DNA from: an uncultured bacterium
GTDB taxonomy: Bacteria; Armatimonadota; Hebobacteria; CAIYQO01
Reading direction: 5' to 3'
Assembly (NCBI GenBank): GCA_964638715.1
Contig: CAZWZF010000008.1
Location: forward strand, 92,109-156,108
DNA length: 64,000 nucleotides
Shown here: positions 59,936-64,000 of the stretch, one piece after another
Position numbering within the stretch: the first letter of the stretch is position 1
Layout: the number at the start of each line of letters is the position of its first letter
Position numbers and translations under genes: made by a program
Notes under the pieces: generated by a model
What the model saw: the letters and a program-made list of their open reading frames with translations, nothing else
What the model was told of the DNA's origin: nothing
Databases searched by the model: none

Positions 59936-61008
59936 TTTCCTCCCGAAGTGTTATAGGCCGTCTCGTATAATGCCATGATGTTCGCGGTCGGGACGTCCGT
60001 CTGCAATACGTGGCTGGGCGCCAGGATAAATCCGCCATCAGCGCCAAGGATGTGCATCATTTCCCGTACCGTATGGGTAACATCTGCCATTGATCCTTGC
60101 GGCAAGACGTACTGCGTATCGATAGCACCATGCAGGCAGATGCGTGAACCGAATTGTGTTTTCAACAGGGTGGGATCCATCCCTTTCGCAGCCACCTGAA
60201 TAGGATCAAGGATATCCACCCCCATGGTGATAATACGCTCAATCAACGGCAGAATTGCGCCACAAGAGTGAAACATTACCTTCACATCATGACTATGCGC
60301 CATGTCAATGAGTTTTGTCAGACGTGGCGCGAAAAAGCGGTCGAATATATCCGGACCGATCAACAAGCGATCCTGCATGCCGAGGTCGTCGGCAATACGC
60401 AATATGTCAATTTGTCCCGGTGCCGCGGTGAACATGCGATCGAAGAAGGCGACATAATAATCAGTATACTGATCGAGGAGAAAATCAGCCATTTCCGGAA
60501 TCACCAGCAAATCCATCAGTAATTGATCGAGCCCGCGGAGAAAACTCGGATGCTGCCAGATACTGGCACCAGTGGCCATGATGGCGAATCCATGCCAGGT
60601 GTCAAGTCGGGCGGCAAAATCGCTGAAGTCGAACCAGTCCACTGTTGGCCAACGATGCGCCGCCAATTGTTCCACCGTGTCGCATTCTTCCAATACGAAG
60701 TCACAGAAACAGGTCTCAATGCCGGTCGATGTCTGCATATCCTTGGTTCGCCAACCCCAGTAGTTCTCAGTCACGCCATCAGCCAGTGACCGCTCTTTTG
60801 GGATTGGTCCACGGTAGATAGGGTCGACCACTCCGCGCAGATCCACTATGTCCACATGCAACCGTTCCAGCAACTCCCGATGGGAGGATGTACCCAAATC
60901 GCGGTGAAGCCGGGTAAGCGTAGCGGAATTGGCACTAAAATCCAGCGGTATACGATCGGGTTTCACATGATTGATCGTCGTCAAAACTCGTTCTCGGGAA
61001 TTTTTCAC
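59932..61008 (-). CDS. Uroporphyrinogen decarboxylase (URO-D) family protein.
   Basis: ...VKVMFHSCGAILPLIE...GGFILAPSHVLQTDVP. Typical URO-D/MtaA-like (beta/alpha)8 family motifs. Confidence 0.75.
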   Translation of the reverse strand: MKNSRERVLTTINHVKPDRIPLDFSANSATLTRLHRDLGTSSHRELLERLHVDIVDLRGVVDPIYRGPIPKERSLADGVTENYWGWRTKDMQTSTGIETCFCDFVLEECDTVEQLAAHRWPTVDWFDFSDFAARLDTWHGFAIMATGASIWQHPSFLRGLDQLLMDLLVIPEMADFLLDQYTDYYVAFFDRMFTAAPGQIDILRIADDLGMQDRLLIGPDIFDRFFAPRLTKLIDMAHSHDVKVMFHSCGAILPLIERIITMGVDILDPIQVAAKGMDPTLLKTQFGSRICLHGAIDTQYVLPQGSMADVTHTVREMMHILGADGGFILAPSHVLQTDVPTANIMALYETAYNTSGGN

Positions 61009-61018
61009 GCTTCGCTCC

Positions 61019-61471
61019 TTATTCCGCCAGCACCTTAACTACGATCTTCAGCACCGGCACGGAACTCTCGTATGCAAGACATGGCATGTGGGCATCTTCT
61101 GGGAAGAAAACCAGAAAATCACCGGCTCGTGCAGTCACAAAGTCGCCAGTTCCAGCAAATAATAGATAGTCTTTGTCTTCTGTATAGGACTGCGTTTCCG
61201 TCAGGTTGGCGACGTTTGTCCAGCCAAGAGTCTCGATCCCGGACGCCACGAATTGCACGTCGATGTAGCGGCGATGTGCTTCCCACAACCCCATCTCACG
61301 AGATTTGGTGTCGTATCGTTGCACCATGGCATAGACCGTGTCGCCATCAATGTCGTAACGACCGGACTCCAACGTGGAGAAATCGTTCGCGGCCAGGTAG
61401 TCGAACGCTTTTTTAAGGTTTTCGCTGAGTTCCTGATAGAGTCCAGCATTCTTCAGTTTATCTATAATCAT
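61019..61471 (-). CDS. YhcH/YjgK/YiaL family protein (NanQ-type sugar anomerase fold; DUF386).
   Basis: MIIDKLKNAGLY...HRRYIDVQFVASG...GDFLVFFPEDAHMPCLA...LKIVVKV parallels E. coli YhcH (HARYLDIQIVLKG, GDFVVFYPGEVHKP, KAVVKM). The track start at 61543 is a GC-rich extension, so the ATG at 61471 was used. Confidence 0.8.
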   Translation of the reverse strand: MIIDKLKNAGLYQELSENLKKAFDYLAANDFSTLESGRYDIDGDTVYAMVQRYDTKSREMGLWEAHRRYIDVQFVASGIETLGWTNVANLTETQSYTEDKDYLLFAGTGDFVTARAGDFLVFFPEDAHMPCLAYESSVPVLKIVVKVLAE

Positions 61472-61493
61472 CTTTTGGTAAATCCTTTCAATA

Positions 61494-62681
61494 TTACGAC
61501 AGCATACTCTGCAAGAATGCCCGTCCCTCAGCGGTTGTCCCACCCGTATTTAGTAAGAAGCCGCCGCCAGCACTGATGCGGCGCAGCCAGCCGGCCGTCA
61601 AATTCTCCTCGTCCTGTACCGTGCGGTTGTCCGGCAATATGAACGATTGGAGGGCAACGCGTCCTTGGAGTACGGTCTTCTGCGCTTCCAAGTCGGCGGT
61701 GGTCTTGGAGAAACCGTTGACAAAGGTGGTCTCGAATCCGGCGAATCCGGGTAAATCCAGCAACATACTACCGCACTGCAGAGTCGGGCCGCAGGTATGC
61801 AGAAAGATTGGCCCGAGTTGCTCCGACATCATCTGCCAGGAACTGCGGGCGACTTCCAGATAGGTGTCGGGCTTGATTACTGAGATGTAATCATCCACCA
61901 ACAACCCGCGCACCCAGACTGGCTGTACACCGCGTTGCCGCGTACGTGCCAGTGCAGGATTCCCAATCACCTGCCACATCGCCTTACTGATGTCAATGAT
62001 CATGCCGGTGAGCAATTCGGAGAACTGGCGCACCAACTCCGGTTCCGTGAGGCAAGCGACCAGATAGTCTTCCTGATCCATAAGGCGCACCGCGTTGGTG
62101 GTTGGCCCCTGCATCTGCGGATATACGATAGGCAGCCGACTCTCGGTCGCCTCGACGAGGAAGCGGCAGGTTTCAAGAATGCCGCGGCAGGGTTCGACGG
62201 CCATTGGATCAGGCCGTGACAGCTTGGGCAGGTCCGTCGCCAGGTCGCGAATCAGAAACGCTCTGGGAATGACCGCTCCATCGGCGGAGGCATCGAACTC
62301 CGCCCCCAGCATGCGGGGGATGAGGTCAGAGGTGCCGTAACCGGGATAGAGCATCGGCACGTAGTCCGACTCCGGCAGCGCTTCAAGATTGAGGATCATG
62401 CCCATGAGTTGCCAGGCCAGTGTGTGATCCAGATTGTTCTTAGCCCACTGCGCTGGCTTCTGTTCCAGTCCGGCTGCCGCATCGGTGACGTCATACTGGA
62501 TGAACGGCCGATCCGGCGTCTTGAAGCGAAAGATATCGTCGGCGCGACGTTCGGTTGCCGCGATTCGTTCCTGGTGCGGCGCAAGCGCGTCAAAGAAGAC
62601 ACGGACAGCATCCTCCCGGTTCGACGCATGAGAAAATGCGTTTAGAAAAGATTGTGTAGTTGTTTTAGATGTCATGTTCAT
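61494..62681 (-). CDS. URO-D-like family protein.
   Basis: ...GPIFLHTCGPTLQCG... (h-H-x-C-G motif). The track start at 62780 overlaps the upstream gene. The internal MNMTSKTTTQSF at about 62681 abuts the upstream stop at 62678. Confidence 0.6.
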   Translation of the reverse strand: MNMTSKTTTQSFLNAFSHASNREDAVRVFFDALAPHQERIAATERRADDIFRFKTPDRPFIQYDVTDAAAGLEQKPAQWAKNNLDHTLAWQLMGMILNLEALPESDYVPMLYPGYGTSDLIPRMLGAEFDASADGAVIPRAFLIRDLATDLPKLSRPDPMAVEPCRGILETCRFLVEATESRLPIVYPQMQGPTTNAVRLMDQEDYLVACLTEPELVRQFSELLTGMIIDISKAMWQVIGNPALARTRQRGVQPVWVRGLLVDDYISVIKPDTYLEVARSSWQMMSEQLGPIFLHTCGPTLQCGSMLLDLPGFAGFETTFVNGFSKTTADLEAQKTVLQGRVALQSFILPDNRTVQDEENLTAGWLRRISAGGGFLLNTGGTTAEGRAFLQSMLS

Positions 62682-64000
62682 TTTTCCTGTGAATAGCCGA
62701 AAAGAGTGGCCGAACGCAAAGCGACGTGAACCAGCACTCGGTGCCCAGCGAGTGATCGCAGGTTCGCGTGAGTCTTCCATTTAACAGGAGCCCGCAGACT
62801 GTCCCCGCGGACTGGTTGGCAGTCTGACAGCGCGAAACCTGGCAGCGGCTGGTCGTTTTCATCGAGCAGTGCGACGCGCGCCTCGCCGATGGTTCCGGCA
62901 TCGAGGTTGAGCGTCAGTGCCAAACCGGTGAGAGGGGCGGCAACAAAGGTCAGTTGGCCCTCGCCCGCCTTCGCGACCGCACCGACCAAGCGGTCCCGCT
63001 TCTGCACGAAGCGCCAGATTTCGCCATCGCCATCCGCCATGCGCTTGTCGCCCTGGCCATGAGTCGTATCGAGCACTGCTCCGTATTGCCACAACTCGTC
63101 CCCTCGCTCGATCAGCCCGAGTCCGAGGAAGACCATCCCCGGCTTGCGCCCCAGCAGGGCCGCGGTCACATACGGTGACCTATCAAACCGCTCCCACTGC
63201 CTGCCGTCCCGGCTGGTGGCAAGGTGCGCTACACAGACACCATCATTTTGGTACGGGCCGTTATCCGCTTCAGGGGCGTGGTTATAGAACGTGGGAAACG
63301 CAACATATAACGGCGGGCGGGTCGGGTAAACCTGTGGCATCAGAGTATACACGTCGGTCTCTGGCGGATCGCTTTTGTCACAGGCGAACACAACCGGCAC
63401 TTCGTCGATGAAATGGGGCAGCCGCTGCCGGGTGGGGAACGGACCATCCTTACCGGACGGCGTCAGGCCCACCGGCCGATCCAGCGCGTCCGCTTCCCAC
63501 CGCCCCACCTTGCGCTGCCGGGAGCGATTCGATCCCGGCACCCAGACACGGACATAACCCGCATAGCGACCCGACAGCGGATCAGCGAATACGACGTTTT
63601 GGGTGTCTGACTCGAAGGCCAACAGTGCCTCGGTGTCCCGGGTCCAGCGCCATCCATCTGGAGAAGTCCAGCGAAAAACGCCCTGGCCAAACAAATTTCC
63701 AACGAAAGCGTAACCAGTGGTCGTCCGCAGCACGGATCCCTCCATGGTCGGCAGATCGGTCAGGTTATTCTTCGCCGACCCTTCGAAGGAGCGCAACCCC
63801 AGTTCCGGGCGCTGCCAGATCACCCCGTCCGTCGATTCGGCGTAGGCGAGTCCCTTGAAGGTCGCGGAGCCCCGGCAGCCATACCACAGGCGCAACGTGC
63901 CGCCGTCATCGATGACCGTCAGGTACAGTCCGAGCATGCGCTCCCAGTTCCCGGCGACGCCAAAACAACGCTCGGCACGTATCGGGGGTTGCACGCGTAT
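62678..64000 (-). CDS. BNR/Asp-box repeat beta-propeller glycosidase, sialidase-like. Partial (N-terminus beyond window end).
   Basis: Two Asp-box motifs (AESTDGVIWQR, ATSRDGRQWERF; S-x-D-x-G-x-x-W). The frame is open to the last base of the window. The track start at 63994 is a GTG. Confidence 0.65.
   Translation of the reverse strand: MRVQPPIRAERCFGVAGNWERMLGLYLTVIDDGGTLRLWYGCRGSATFKGLAYAESTDGVIWQRPELGLRSFEGSAKNNLTDLPTMEGSVLRTTTGYAFVGNLFGQGVFRWTSPDGWRWTRDTEALLAFESDTQNVVFADPLSGRYAGYVRVWVPGSNRSRQRKVGRWEADALDRPVGLTPSGKDGPFPTRQRLPHFIDEVPVVFACDKSDPPETDVYTLMPQVYPTRPPLYVAFPTFYNHAPEADNGPYQNDGVCVAHLATSRDGRQWERFDRSPYVTAALLGRKPGMVFLGLGLIERGDELWQYGAVLDTTHGQGDKRMADGDGEIWRFVQKRDRLVGAVAKAGEGQLTFVAAPLTGLALTLNLDAGTIGEARVALLDENDQPLPGFALSDCQPVRGDSLRAPVKWKTHANLRSLAGHRVLVHVALRSATLFGYSQEK

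Overview
Sulfated-glycan utilisation super-locus, probably from a PVC-superphylum bacterium (Lentisphaerae, Kiritimatiellae, Planctomycetes or Verrucomicrobia-like). The lineage guess rests on four tandem DUF1559 prepilin-type genes, many S1 sulfatases and FGE-domain fusions. Almost every gene is on the minus strand and tightly packed, often with 1-4 nt start/stop overlaps, so the window reads as a few long operons. The only plus-strand gene is an AraC-family regulator. The window holds 5 intact sulfatases plus 1 sulfatase fragment and 2 large DUF4838-like::FGE-domain fusion paralogs. There is one DUF4838-like::CBM9-like protein, a GH29 fucosidase, a GH31 enzyme, a GH38-like hydrolase and a heparinase II/III-like lyase. 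Also present are a parallel beta-helix protein, a large toroid lyase-like protein and an 1869-aa giant secreted protein. Four tandem pseudopilin (DUF1559) genes are fused to lectin-type C-terminal domains, with a LacI and an AraC regulator next to them. The 3' end of the window (53.8-64 kb) is a dense block of 4 FAD-dependent oxidoreductase paralogs and 3 uroporphyrinogen-decarboxylase (URO-D)-like proteins. That block also holds an RraA-like protein, a YhcH/NanQ-like anomerase and a partial BNR/sialidase-like gene. Base composition is a mosaic, judged by eye. Positions 1-18.4 kb and 53.85-64 kb are GC-rich. Positions 19.9-53.8 kb are AT-rich, with one GC-rich sulfatase island at 31.4-32.8 kb bounded by gene-fragment scars and direct repeats. 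A perfect 14-nt palindrome TGTTAACGTTAACA recurs about 30 nt upstream of four start codons, including the LacI gene itself. No rRNA, tRNA, CRISPR array or transposase was recognised. The ORF track uses GTG/TTG as starts in places. Several annotated starts were moved to downstream ATGs where the extension overlapped the upstream gene or a hairpin.
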